DNA of 64,000 nt. It comes from Hormiphora californensis (taxonomy: Eukaryota; Animalia; Ctenophora). The stretch is taken from assembly GCA_020137815.1 (NCBI GenBank), contig CM035350.1:7316001-7380000 (forward strand), read 5' to 3'. Under the pieces are notes generated by a model. It saw nothing but the letters and a program-made list of their open reading frames with translations, did not search any database and was not told the origin of the DNA. Numbering within the stretch: position 1 is the stretch's first letter; each line of letters opens with the position of its first letter. Shown piece by piece: positions 43,140 to 57,600 of this stretch. The translations under genes and the position numbers were made by a program.

Positions 43140-46100
43140 TTAGTAAACTGGAACTGAGTTCATGTACCTCTTTCCCAACACAGCATCCTGTACTCTCTGC
43201 AAACATAACATGACATAACTATTGGGTTACTAACAATCACCATGGTTACTAACAATCACCATGGTTACTAACAATCACCATGGTTACTAACAATCACCAT
43301 GGTTACTAACAATCAACATGGTTACTAACAATCACCATGGTTACTAACAATCACCATGGTTACTAACAATCACCATGGTTACTAACAATCACCATGGTTA
43401 CTAACAATCACCATGGTTACTTACAATCACCATGGTTTTACCTTGTTAAAAAGTTTAGCACGTAACCGATGAGTTTCCCGTTCCCTCTGAACTTTACCGT
43501 CCTTCCTTTTCTTCTCCACCTCCTCTAACCTGTTATAAATCCTGAAGATTGGGGTAAAAGTTAGAGGGGCTGTGCACTGGGAGTTCAAAGAGTTAGAAGT
43601 GTAGTCCTGAGAGTACTTAGAGTACTAGAGTGTACTAGAGTGATTGTGTCACAAAGGAAAATGGCTCGGTAGACTCACCTTTTTGAGTGTTGGACGGCAT
43701 CTCGGTGTGATATCGCTCTGTTATTGTGTCGTGGTGGGGGTACTGAAAGGGAGAGGGGGTTAGAGATGTAGAACACGCCATGTCTTGCCATGTAAAACCA
43801 TGCAGGTGAATAACGTACTATCGAAGGCGGCAAAGTAACGTGGATCGATGGTAGGCCGAGGTCTATCTGGAGGGGTTGTGGCAGCATATCGCTCTCTCGC
43901 TTCTTTACATAACTGAATCTGGAGGGCCCGCCTTCTTGAAGTCTGCAGAGAAAGAGGGAAGTTCATGGACAAACAGTTTAAAACAATTGAGTCCCTGCTG
44001 CCTCAAAGAAGGGTTGGATATCATCCTGTTCTATGCTACCTTTATGAATCGTTGTTTTCTGTTCTGGAATGCTTCCTGAAGACGACCCGTTTTGAAGATA
44101 ATGTTCGGGTACCCCGGGGCTCTATCAACATCCTCACTAGTCACACTGTTCTCATCCAAACTGAAGGGAGGGGTCGGTAACTAGAAGTGGGGTTGTTATG
44201 TGTTGCCATGGTAACTAGAAAAAGAGGTGGGGTTGCTATGTGTTGCCATGGTAACTAGAGAGAAGTGGGTTTGCTATGTTATCATTGTTTCCACATGGTA
44301 ATGCAAACCAATAGCGTTTATTATTGTGTCTACCTAATTTCGAATGCAACGGGTGACCGTCTAACTGGAGGTGGAGGTGGATCTTTTACAGGGACCCGAT
44401 CCAGCTCAGGATCTTGCTCCTCCACTTCCCTCTCTTCGTGTCTTTGTTTTCTCTCCTCCTTTTCTGTGTGCCTCTCTTCCTCCCTCTTCTCGTGTCTCTC
44501 TTCCTCCCTCTTCTCGTGCCTCTTCCGTCGCTCTTCCTCTATCTGGGAAAAGTATTGGGATTAGAAATAACACTACTTACTAAGTAAAATCCTACCATGG
44601 GGGGGGGGGGCTACCATGTACCCAATATATACCACCGCTTATAAAATGCGAACTTATGATACTAAATCATCATTCATCATACTATACCTCAGCGATGAGT
44701 CGTGTGATCCTTGCATCGCGACTATCAACAGATCGGTCATCTCGCATCCTGTAGGTACCCTTCAGCTCCCCGGGACTCAATGTAAAGGCCTCTGGAGGGG
44801 GTACTTTCTTCTTCTTCTTCTTAGCAGCACCATTCTCGGGTTGTTGTTGCCGTGGTGTTTTCTTTCCGTGGGTTTTATCACTCCTGTGACGGTGTCCTCC
44901 TCCTCCCTTACTATTGGTTTTCTTGGTAACCACTAGAAACTTAACAAATTCATCCCATAGAGCGTTGAGTGCCGCCACATCCCCCACACATGTCCCCTCA
45001 GTAAGGGTCGTGTCAGTGGAGTGGATGGAGGGGGGTGCTGGTGTGAAGGTGGCCCTCTGAGCTCGATGAGTATTACTCCCTCCCTTCTGGGGAGGTTGAG
45101 GTTTAGGGGTTGACGAGGTAGCGGGGGGTTTAGGGGTTGAGGTGTGGTTTACAACCTTCCTCTCATCCTCATCCATCTCAGCCTTCTTCCTCAGTATGTC
45201 CATGAATAACTCCCGTGTCGCCTGCTCAGCTGAGTCAAGGGAACTATCAGGGGGAGGGGGTGGTGACACAAACGCGTCTGCTGTTCTCTTCTGAGTTGTC
45301 TGGATAGACTTAGATGTGTGGAGAAGTTGCGGGGAGGACTGCTGCATCCGATCTATCTTGGAGACACCTGCAGGAGATGATTGTTGCATCCTGTCTACTT
45401 TTGATAGTGCAGGAGAGGATTGCTGCATCCTATCCACTTTAGTAGGGGCAGCAATAATACCAACATCAAGGGTTTCCAAACTTTTCTTTCTCCTTCGTTT
45501 CTCAAGTTCCCTTTCTAACTCTTCTCTCTGTCTTGATTCTATCTCACGTTCCAAATCCTCTCTTTTCCTTGACTTATCAGCCTCAACTTGTCTTTCCAGT
45601 TCTAATATCTTTTTCGCTTCAGCCTCGGCAGCCTTTGCCAGTTTCTCTCTCTGCTTCGCTTCCTCCTGTTTCATTACCAGTTTCTCTCTCTGTTTCGCTT
45701 CCTCTTGTTTCATTTCAATGCTCTTTGACTCCAGTTTCTTCTCAATGTCCTGTAGATATCGCTCGTTTGATTGCTCTCTGAGGGATCTCTGTAGAGCCTT
45801 TAGGGTTGCAAGTTGTCTATCGGTCTCACTATCACACTCGCTGTATGAGCTCTCAATAGTCCTCTGAGAAGCAGGGATAGGAGGAGGAGGGGAGTTCTCT
45901 TTATCTTGAAAGGCATCATGTCTCGCTTTTCCATGTTTCTCTACCAAGTTTTGGTAGTAAGCGTGTTTGAAATCAGTAAAATCAGCCCGGAGCTTTTCAG
46001 TACCCTCCTGTTTTTCAACGATTTCCTTTCGTAGCGCTGCAATGTCGGACATGATCGTGTTTTGGAGGGACAGAAAACTACTTTTTAGGTTTGGATAATC

Positions 46101-47871
46101 CTCAGAGTTTAGAGTGACGTCAGTTACAGCCTCAGCGGGAGGCTGGTGTTCGAACTTAGCAACTCGTTCCGAGGAGGGGGCAGTGAAGGGTCGGAACCGT
46201 CCCTCGTGAGGGCTGAGAACTGCAAAGGCGCTTCTTGGTCTAGTTCCAAGATCTTCTTCCAAGTGTGTTGGTAGCTCAGAAGGGGCCTTGGTTCGAGTTA
46301 ACGAGTTCTCAGTTTCAGAGTCTGTCCAGGCATGTCTCTTCAACACGCCCATACCCCCTGCAACGGGATCAGTGGTGACAGACATACTGGAGGTCTCGTC
46401 AAATGAACCCAATTCTGTGTTCCCTAGAAACTTTCCAGCTCTCACTCTGCAGCGTGCACCATCTTGTTGTTTCTACGGGGTGTAGGTTTCAGAAGATTCC
46501 GTGGTTCTAACTTCCTAATAACCCTGGGTGGGGTTGCAAAGGCCTTGGAGAGGTCTCCATCATCGTCAGATAGAGGGGTAAAGATGATGTCGTCGTCATC
46601 TGGAAAGTGGCCATCAGAGATGGTCTGTCCTCCGTCAGATCCCACATGGTCCGTTCTACTGTTAGCTAGGAGGTCCTCTGTGAGAGGTGTCAGATCAACT
46701 GACATAGAGTTTAGTCCGGGGTGCTCGTCTGCAGAGGAGGGTGGTTTAGCGATCTTTAGACGGGTCCTAGACTGTTCCTCCAGGAGGGAGTGAGAGAGTT
46801 GGTGGGAGGTATCGTGCCCCAGGGCGGTGGTACCCGCTGCATATGATGCCTTACTCTCGGATTGTATAATCTCTAAACTCCTCTGCCTAACTCTACTCTC
46901 CTCTTCGAATATCTCCTGTTTTAACCGGGCTACCCGATCCATCTGGGAGCTAGCAAAGCTATCCGGGGAGGATCTGTTATACCGGGGTGGTGTGGAGAGC
47001 TCCCCCAACCGAGCAGGCATGGAGGAACTTGGATACATGCCAAACTCTCCCTCCCTCTCCTCCTGGTCGAGGTATTGGGGCTGGGAGAAGTAGTCGAGGG
47101 GCTGCTGGACGAGGGTGTCCTGTGTGCTCTGGGTTGGAACAGGATCCTTAAAGTCAGGAGCAGACCGGGAGGCAGGGGTATCAGATCGGTATTTGTCAGA
47201 GAGAATGCCATCTATTTCAGACCAGGAGGGTGTATCGGCAGCCAGAAGCTCCGATGTGTTCACTTCGCCTTCACCGGACATTCTGAGAGGGGAGAGGGAG
47301 TGTGTGAACAAACAGAGGGAGTGTGTGAACAAACAGAGGGAGTGTGTGAACAAACAGAGGGAGTGTGTGAACAAACAGAGGGAGTATGTGAACAAACAGA
47401 GGGAGTGTGTGAACAAACAGAGGGAGTGTGTGAGCAAACAGAGGGAGTGTGAGCAAAATACAACAACTAGGTGAGACCTAGACAGAAGTTATTGTCCTAT
47501 TTGAGAGTAACAAAACTATCACAACAATTGCTTACCTGCGATCGAAGTAGAGATGATAGTCGGGGTATGTTTGGGGTAGGTCAGGGAATTTGGTTGGTGA
47601 GATGCAGTCCTGCAACGTTGCTAAATCGTCATTCTGTAAACAGAGGTATACGTATCAGGTTATAGTTTAGTTGGATTTGGTAAGGTTAAGCTGGGGGGAT
47701 AGGAGAGTTTGTTCTGAGATAGAAAGAGTTCGGAGAGTTTGTATTTAGATTTGTATTGGGTCTTGGGAGAGGGATTGTGAGAATATGCGTGATTTGTATT
47801 GGGTCTTGGGAGAGGGATTGTGAGAATATGTGACGTAAGGGTTGTGCACTTACGTAAAATTCGTACTCCAT
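43140..47871 (-). CDS. Large low-complexity coiled-coil centrosomal protein with C-terminal ALMS motif (ALMS1/C10orf90/CEP295 family)
   Basis: Spliced C-terminus LQEAFQNRKQRFIK..RAISHRDAVQHSKRIYNRLEEVEKKRK..ETHRLRAKLFNKRVQDAVLGK; one frameshift near 46450. Confidence 0.75.
43222..43438. repeat. 19-bp intronic tandem repeat CATGGTTACTAACAATCAC
   Basis: About 11 near-identical copies. Confidence 0.9.
47290..47452. repeat. 21-bp intronic tandem repeat next to a splice acceptor
   Basis: GAGGGAGTGTGTGAACAAACA, about 7 copies. Confidence 0.9.
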
Positions 47872-48252
47872 GTCCAGAACAGAACTCACTCAGCAAAGGG
47901 AGGACTCTCACAACAGTACACATACAAAGCACATAGGACTAATAAAGTGGTCTACAAGTTCAAGAGAGAGAGAGGGGGACCCCCACAACGAGACCACCTG
48001 CGGTACAAAGAGAGGGGCCAGAGGGAGAGAGAGAACCAACTATACAGAGAGATACAGATATACACACAGAGAGACAAGGTACAAATGTACAGAGATCGAT
48101 AGTACAAATGTACAGAGCACTAAATTCACAGCTAATATTACAAAGTTGTACATATGTGCAACTGACTGCTTGACAATATGGATGGCACGTGAAAGTACAC
48201 GTGACATGCAACTTTAGCTACTGAGAGGTGGAGAGAGGTGGAGAGAGGTGGA

Positions 48253-48335
<83 letters not shown>

Positions 48336-48674
48336 TAATGATCGGCTTTATTGCACCCCTGATAGAATATTACCTGCCTCTCCATACACACTGCTGGGAA
48401 CCCTTGTGTAATAAAGTGCTGGGAACCCTTCAGGGCGAGAAAGAGAGAGAAAGTAAGAACTACGGGAGTGTGAGGGAAGGGGGGGGGAGAGTGAAGAGAG
48501 AGTGAGGGCCGAGGGGGAACGGGAGAGGGGTTGGTAGAGGAGTAAATCAATTAACTAGAAGTCCAGTTAAAAGAAATGAATTCAATTTCAAACAGACATT
48601 ATCCCAAAATAAATACAAAAACAGACGATCGGATAAGTTAGTTAACAGCCATTTTAGTCAGGGTACCAAACATG

Positions 48675-51600
48675 TCAGTAGTCAGGTTTATGTCGCTTTT
48701 TCTTCCGGCTACTTGAGCTACTATCATCCGAGTTATACCGCTTATCATCATCAAATTTGGAAGTAAAGGACCGCATTGCAGAAGGTATACCCTGAAAACG
48801 GAAAGGGGTTGTTATTGGGGGAATCAAGTTTTGGCGGGAAAGTACAATATGGTTGAATTTAGAGGGTTAAGAAGTTAAAAGTGATCCAAGTCTGTCTTAA
48901 CTCTATCTAGAATTAATCTCAAGCATCCAATTAGTGAAACTAATTAGATGTCGTGCCCTAATTGACTTTCGTCACCCGGTTTAACTGGCATCAGCCCTAA
49001 TCCTGTGTATCCCCGGCCCTCACGCACTGCTAACCCGCTATACTCTCATCACATCACGCGCACTGCGCGCCCCATCTCCCTCTCAAACTTACCGGCATAT
49101 TCGACCTAGCAGTCTGTCCCTTGAGATCGATCACAACAGCACAGTTGTTGGTCGGCACACACGCCGGGGTACTCCGTCCATAGAGAGTATAGTACAGCTG
49201 GGCTAGTGAGCACCGGAGATTGGGGTCTACATGTTCGTTAAGTAGCCTCCATAACCGGTGCACTAGGTGTAGAGTGTTCAGAAGACAGTCTTGGTGGCGG
49301 GTGAAGAGGGGTAGTTTATAGAGCTGTTGAATAGCATAGCTACGGATCATAGCACTTGTATCAAACTCAACCAGAGAGAGAAGGGTGTTGAGGTCCCGTT
49401 CTGAGTTTTCATTCTGAGAGATGGTGAAATGGGTGAGTAGACTGTATAGAGATAAACAAAACCAAATCAACGACCCTTTCTAAATTCTCGTTCTGATTTC
49501 CTTACCTTAACAAATCTTGCAAGTTGTTGTATGGCAGTACACCGGACATGTAGACTCTGTCCCTTCTTCAAATGGGCACTAAAGATTGAGCTATCCTTGA
49601 GGTTATCCATTATGTGACCATGTCGGATTAGTTTGGCTATAAATCTCAGACAGGCACTGGACACGATTTGTTGGTAGGACGGCATCTTCTTATCGATATT
49701 CAGTAGGGACACTATTTTGGGCAGGATCTGTTTAACATGGCCCAGATGGGTCTCTGCCTTGGTGTCCACTTTGAGTGGTATTGTACTTGTCAGCCCATCA
49801 ATCTGTGAGAAATTGTGAAAATTAAATAATCACTTTGATGACCTGGACTGATATAAATCACAAATATCTAGACAATGTCTAGTAGACATATTGTACTGCA
49901 GTATAATTGGCATTTAAACCTTTCTAACTACTTACAATTGCGACAATAAGGTAACTATCGTCATATTCATTGCTCTGATTATCGTTATAGTGCAGTTGTG
50001 TGGAGAGAAAGTTGACTATCTTTCTAGTAGTCATCCCAGCCTGATCCTTAATATTCCCAACAGCCCTCATGAAGTCCTGTTGTAAGAAGTACTGGGGGAA
50101 ATCTGAGAAGTTGTTCATCCGCGGTATCGTCTCGTTATCTGCACTGCCGTATAGTTTCTAGAGGAGGGAGGGTGTTACCTGGGTGTTACACCATATATGG
50201 GCATTTGACATTTCATCAGGAAGAGACTGATCACGTGGCACACACCACCATATATGGGCATGTTACCTGGAAGAGACTGATCAGGAGGTCCTCATTAACA
50301 GTTGGGTCATTGTTCCCAGAAACGCACTGAGCTAGAGAGTGGAGGGCCTGGATTCGCACTTTATAGAAACACTTGACATCCATGATGACAGTAGACAGGG
50401 TGGAGATGGTCTTTTGGGTTGGGAAATTCACCAACGTCTGGGAAGAGGGAAAGATATGGGTTAGGGAATAGTACTGAACTTTGCTTACAGGAGGAGAGCA
50501 AATAGTGGTTAGTACAAGCAAAACCCCTCCTCCTTCTACCTCAGCAGCATGGTGTTGGTAGACGACATCACGTTCGTGTTGTAACAATGCATGCCAGGAG
50601 TAGTCAGGCATCTGTACATTGATCTTACACAACCATAACATCTCCGGGTCAACCTGGGTGGGGGCATGTTACTAGGGGGGGGGGGGGGGCATGTTACTAG
50701 GGGCGGGGGGGGGGGGGGGGGGGCATGTTACTAGGGGCGGGGGGGGGCATGTTACTAGGGGGGGGGGGGGGGCATGTTACTAGGGGGAGGGGGGCATGTT
50801 ACTAGGGGCGGGCATGTTACTAGGGACTGCATACCCCTCTTCATCTCTTGGTAACAAGCCCTTCCTAATCCAGGAACAGCACTGCCCTTCCGTGTGCCCT
50901 AATTCAATGGGTTTTTCAGTAGCTTATAACAGGAACCCGGTCTTCAATTCTTGGTATTCTAAGTTTTCCTATTGAATCTGACTGCTTATAATGTGTAGCT
51001 CATATTAACAGACATGTGCTAAGAGAGGGAAACATCGCTTAGCTAGAGGCACGATTATATATTCTATTACATTTTTATTGAAGAATAGATTGCCTTATAA
51101 TCTATTCTTCAATAAAAATAGATTATTATATGGTCACTGCCCTCTCTTTCACGATAATAGGAGAGCGAGATCATTGAACAGAATGATTGCATGCTGCATC
51201 CATTATTTTCCTGTTATTGCTCAATGAGGGAATGCGAGAGCAGAGACTAGCAGAGAATAGCAGAGAATAGCAGAGAATAGCAGAGAATAGCAGAGAATAG
51301 CAGAGACTAGTCAAAGCCATCAACTCAGTTGAGCCATTCTGCACTGAGCTTTTTGTAAGTTGGTCCCTAACACGCAAATGGTGGAAACACGGTTCCTTAT
51401 TTCCAACAGTTCTATAAGATTGCTCTCCACTAGAATGAAGATTGAAATTCCCTCAAGTGTCTTCAATCTTCTTTTATGATAGCATATTGGGGTGGTCTAT
51501 AATTGTCTCGGCTAAACTAACCCACAATTGAGGTCTAATGACCCTAATCCACACTTTTTAACCTTGACTAAAGAACTCCTACCATAGGGGATCTTTAGTC

Positions 51601-54600
51601 AAGGAAGATCTCTCTCTCACTCTCTTTTTTTTAAACTCTCACTCTCTGTATTCTCTTGCAATTTATCTTTTTATCTCTCCCTCTCATACTACGAATCCTG
51701 CAGTTATGTAACTCTTCAAGCACATCATCTATATCGAGGTTGGACTTTGATTGTAAATACCATATTATTTGTTTTTCATGGCTATGAGAAATAAATACAT
51801 GGTGCTTTTTCCTTTCTATTTGCACAATTCCGATATAATCTGCCTTGCTCGAACAAAACAACCCGATATGTATATTATATAGTGTTCTTATCATATCATG
51901 TTCATCTCATGTTTGATTTGATTTGAAAAGATATTATATAAACGTACAAATTGCACATTAAATAAATACCCGACTGACTCTTACTAATAGTTTAGCAGCC
52001 TAAGGCGCGAGTGCTTACGTCTTAAAAACCTCATTTAAAAATATTTAAAAAAAAGTAGCTATAAGGCTAAAACACACTCTTATACTAGTTGTAAGCTAAA
52101 TTTATTTCACTCATTAATAATAACAATTATACTTAATACTTACCCTTGATTCCCAATCCCCTACCTTCCTTCCCCCATGAACCATACCCCGAATTTAACG
52201 TCATGTCGACTGTTGGGTAGATGTTAAGATCAGTTATAATTCACATCTGTGGTGCGGGTCCACCATCTTGTTTCAAACTGTTCAACACCACTCCAAACCT
52301 TCAATTTGAGTACAATGTAAGCTATGTGCGGAAGAAGGACAGTTACTGTAAAAATAAAAGAAGAGAAAGGGGCCCACACCACAGCAGCGAATTAAGTTAT
52401 GTCGTGTAAGGCTTTCCAGAGATGGTCTTTCAGTCTAGAGGAAAATAAATGGTGTTCAGCTGTATTTCTCAGTTCTTTAGGAAGTAAGTTCCACTCAAGG
52501 TGGCAGCGATAAAAGTAACAGTTTTTGAACAGGTCTACTCTGGGTTGTTCGGTACATATAATGTCCGTACTGTCTCGTTTTGTTTGTTGTCTGGTGGCAC
52601 GTCTGTCATGTAATTCCGGATTGTATTTTTGTAGGAAAGATGGGAGTTTTATAGGAGACGTCTCATAGAATATTTTATGGAACAATTTAAGATCATTATA
52701 TTGAAATTTTTGAGTCATTGGGAGTACGTCAATCTCCCTGAGTTTCTTTATATACGTATCTAAACTATAACTGGTATCTGTTTCACCGAATATCCATTTT
52801 GTGGCACGTTTCTGGAGTCGTTCAAACTTAAGCAGACTTGACTCACTTTGTGGACGCCATATTTGGCTACAGTGTTCGAACAAAGATCTAACTAGACTAA
52901 TGTAGAGGTTCTTCTTTTTAAGGGGACATTTAACTAATACGCCTACACGCTTCACCAGTCCTAATCTTTGAGAAGCTTTGGAAACAACATTTTTCTGGTG
53001 TTCGATTGGCGACAACTTGTGATTAGTTGAGACTCCTAGATCAACTTCATTTTCACATAATTTGATTTCATCTCTGCCTAGGTGATAATTTAATTGACGT
53101 TGTTTAATAATTTTAGTACACCTAAGCAGCTTACACTTTTTAGGATGGAATATCATTTTATTATCCTTTGCCCATTCCACTAAACTATCGATGTCGGGCT
53201 GCAAACTATCTTCTTCACTATTTATAACCCGCCAAATTTTCAGATCATCTGCATATAGCCTAATTTTAGTTAGATTATCTTCTCTTAAAACATTAACAAT
53301 ATCATTTATGAATAACACAAACAAGAAAGGGCCTAGTATTGATCCTTGTGGAACTCCACTCCTAACCTCTACCCATTCTGAAAATTCCCCATCTAACACA
53401 ACCCTCTGTTGCCTACCAGATAAATAATTCATTAGGAAACGCAACATCTTACCTCCTAAATTAAACTCATTTTTCAGCTTATTTATTATTACATCATGAG
53501 ATACACTATCAAATGCTTTCTGAAAGTCAAAGTAAACTATATCAGTTTGATTTCGGTTATTTATGTTCAACGCTAATTCACAATTAAACTCAATCAGTTG
53601 TGACGTACATGATTTCAAGGGTACAAAACCATGCTGGTAGGGAGTTATTTTTTCTAGACAGGCTTTATACAGGCGTTCTCTTACTAATTTCTCAAAAACT
53701 TTCATAACAAGGCAAGTCAGGGATATAGGCCTATAATTCTCAACGCATGATCGTTCCCCTTTCTTGTAAACTGGGACAACGTTCGCGGTTTTCCATTCTG
53801 TTGGTATACATCCCTCTGAGTATGATTTATTAAATATAAGGGTGAGTGGATAAGCTAGGGATTTATGACATTTCTTTAGTACAACACCGTCAATATTATC
53901 TGGACCTGTTGCTTTTGACGCATCCAACTTTTTTAGAATCTTTAGAATCTCATCAAATCTAAATATCTCAGAGTTAAAATCATTAGTGTGATCTCTATCA
54001 ATATCAACAGTTTCTTTGTAGGTGCTAGATTCAGTGAATTGATTACAGAAAAATTCATTGAACATTTCACATTTACGACGACTCGAAGAGCTAAATTTAT
54101 TATTAAAGTATACTCTCTCAGGAATTCTAGTGCTATTAGTTTTGGACTTTACGTGTTTGAAAAATTTCTTTGATACATTAGCATTTGGTGTAAGTTCATC
54201 TATAGAGGAAAGCTCGAGAAAGGATGTTTCTTTCTCTATTGCTAGTGTTCTGTATTGATGTTCTTTGAGTTCGTATTCCTCTTTAGCAACAATACTATCT
54301 ATATTTTTCAAGAAGGCTTTTCTAGAGTTATCGAACGATTTCTTAAGTTGGCGTAGTTCTTCATCATACCAAGGTGGCTGTGATCCAATTTTTACATTGA
54401 CTAATGGTACATTATGACGTAGTGCAATGTCTAACCTAGACTTAAAGACTTGTAGGGACTGCTCTGCTGACAGATCCTTGAACTGTCCTAACCAATCAAT
54501 TCCTAAAAGCTCTTCATTTAGAGAGTCCCAATCAGCTCTTCTATAGGAGAATTTCTTACAATTTTTATACTTAGGGCGTGATTTTTTGAAATTTATCTCA

Positions 54601-57600
54601 CATTTTAGTGTAAGATGGTCCGACTTTACAAGACTATTCTCTTCGAGCAAAACATTAGAATAAGTAGTTTCTATGTTAGTAAGTATTAAGTCGAGAATAT
54701 TTCCATCCCTATGCGTTGGTACATTAACTAGAGATTTTAGGCCTAGAGATAAAAATAAATTGATAAAACTCTCATGAGTACTATTATTTGACACTGGGAC
54801 GTCCCAGTTATCCACCGAACTTAGGTTTAGATCCCCTATAATAGTGAGATTCTTAAACTTCTTGGCAAGATTAGTATAGTAACGTTCCGCCTCTTTGAAG
54901 TGTTCCGATCCAGAATAATCATATCTATAAAATGTCGAGATACAAATGGGTGCTATATTTTTATGCTTTAGAAGAATAGTAACTATTGGTAAATCGGTCT
55001 TCGTTTTAACTAACTCTGTCTCAACTCCAATATTGTTTTTACATAGTATTAAAACTCCTCCACCTCCTTTTTTACTAAAAGTTTTCATATCCTTCTCAGT
55101 GCTTACTTACTTGATACTTGGAACGGTCTCCTCAATCATTCGAGTGGCCGGCTTCCGGTATCCTCACTCTTAGCGTCGTAAGCTGTCGCCATTCGTTACG
55201 GTTCATTGCAGTCGTAGTAATTGTACGGATAGACTGGGATTTTCCTGTAGCGTCTCGATAGTCATTTAACACACAGGAGGACCAAGTTTTTCGTGGTCTT
55301 CCTCTGGATCGTTTTCCATGACTAGGCACCCAATGATAAAGTCTGTTGGGAACCCTATCCTCAGGCATTCTAATCATGTGCCCAAACCATCGGAGTCTCC
55401 CATTGCCAATGAACGCAGATAATGGTTCTATCCCAGCTCTCTCCAATACCTCCCTGTTAGACACCCGCTTATACCATTGTATTCTCAGGATTCTCCGCAG
55501 GCACCGTTGGTGGAATGCCTCCACGCGGCGATCTTGCACCTGGGTTGTTGTCCAGGCCTCACAACCATAGAGAAGCACCGTCAGAACAGCAGCTCTGTAT
55601 ATCCTGATCTTGGTACAGGTCCTGATGTTACGGTTGTACCAGATCCGACAAAGCATACTGAATGCACTGTAAGCTTTCCCTATCCTGATACCCAGCTCCT
55701 TGTCGATGGTACCATCAGAGGACAAAGCCGATCCGAGATAGGTAAAACTGGAAACCTGCTCAACCGGATTACCCTCCACAGAAATGCTGACCGTATCCGC
55801 CTCGGAAAATGGGCGCTGGCTAAGACCCTTTGAAAAAGCTACAACTTTGGTCTTCTTTGCGTTAATCTTCAAGCCAGCATACCCTGCGTATTTTACCAGC
55901 AAATCTGTAGACTCCTGGAGACCTTCCTCAGTATCATCCATAACAGCCATGTCATCAGCATAGTCGAGGTCCATGATCCATTCCCCACCCTCATCACTCT
56001 CAGCGCCGTGAAGAGTGAGACCCCTGGAGACAGTCTTGTTGGACTCAGCAAGCTGAGCCGCCCAGTTAATCACGATGTTAAAGACTGGAGGACCCTGGAT
56101 GTCGCCTTGACCAGTACCACTGAGAACACTGAACCAGCTGAACATGAACACGTTACTCGCTATCCAACCACTATCAGGTCTGAGAGGGATAACCGTAGCG
56201 AGAACGATCTCGGTATCCTCCCCAAACCTTCTCTTAACCTCCCTAACTAAATCTACATATGCCTTATACACACTCCCTTTTCCCTTACTCGACCTTACAA
56301 ACCCTCCCCAATATCTGATGTCATTAGTCCCAAACGCCAAAATAACCTTATTAACCTCTAGACATGGGTGCGTTACTTCCAGTCCTTTCAACATATCCAT
56401 AGCCAAACTCCCCCTCCAGTTCTCATTCGGCCTACAAAGTCTCGCCCCTGAAATCGAGATGTTCACTAGCGCCGGGTCCTCGTGGATCCACTTCGTCATA
56501 CTGGTTCCTAGTAGAAGTGTCCTTGGTGTCAGTCTGGGGTTCGGCAGTGTTGGTGTTGGTAGAAGGGGCGATCTGGTAGGGAGTACAAAGTTCTCTTCCT
56601 GATACCCATCTATGGCAGGCGGCGAGGTTGGCGACAAAGTCATCTGTGATGCTGGAGCTTCCATCCGAGACGGGTGTACTGCGAACTGGGGCACCTTCTG
56701 GGACTTAGCTGGGGTTGGTGCAGGTGGAGTTGGTTCTGGAGGCGATGTTTTGTGCCTCTTCCTAAAAGACAGGGCATATCTCACGCCATGCTCAACCTTT
56801 TGCGCACGGTGCTTAAAGTGCTCTTGGCACCCTGGCTTCATGGTGTACGCCTCACCATCCTTAGTGGTTATAGACAGCTTAGGCCGCATCCTGCCATCTC
56901 CAAGGTAGGGAATGAAATCTACAGCACCATCGTTGCCGACGGTCACGACGGTGATGGGTGAGTTGTCCACCAGCGAAGTCTCGAAATCTGAGTGGTATCC
57001 CACGCCGTCCCCTTTTCTGTATCTAGTGACTAGGCAGGAGTTAAACTCAGTCCCGTGTTCCTTGTTAATCCTCCCCATCAGCTTATCGATGTTCGGGTAT
57101 TTAGCTATGTCCTTGGGTGCCAGGTCCACATTGGCCCACCCGTAGGGACACCCAGTGTTAGTTAGCCAGGTATTCTTGCCAGTTAATCCTCCTACTTCCC
57201 ATTTCATCATCTCGAGGTCCTCATCAGAAACATATCTCCCGTGGTGGGTAACAAACTGATTCGGATCCTTTTCTGGTACTCCATCTCTCTTACGCCTCTC
57301 TAGCTCCTTTTGTACAATCTGTATAATCCTCTCCAACACGGGCGATGATACCCTGGTAAAGACTTCCTCTAGAGGTGTGTTGTCTAGAATCATGTTGGAG
57401 GCGTTGTTAACAACCATTCCTAAAACTCCATGGCTAAAACAGGCTGTTAATCCAAGAACATTGCGTCCTCAAATTAATTTGTTTAAAGTAGTGCCGAAAA
57501 GCCATTTTACTAAGTGATATGTGTGTTAACGTGATACGTCTCCTTCTCTTCACAGCTGCATTGTGTGCAACAGTTGTTCTCACAGCTATAGGTTCGTCAC

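Noticed and set aside
46440-46480. Programmed ribosomal frameshift between the two large ORFs of the ALMS-motif gene
   Set aside because: No slippery heptamer or evident stimulatory structure; similar breaks elsewhere point to assembly error
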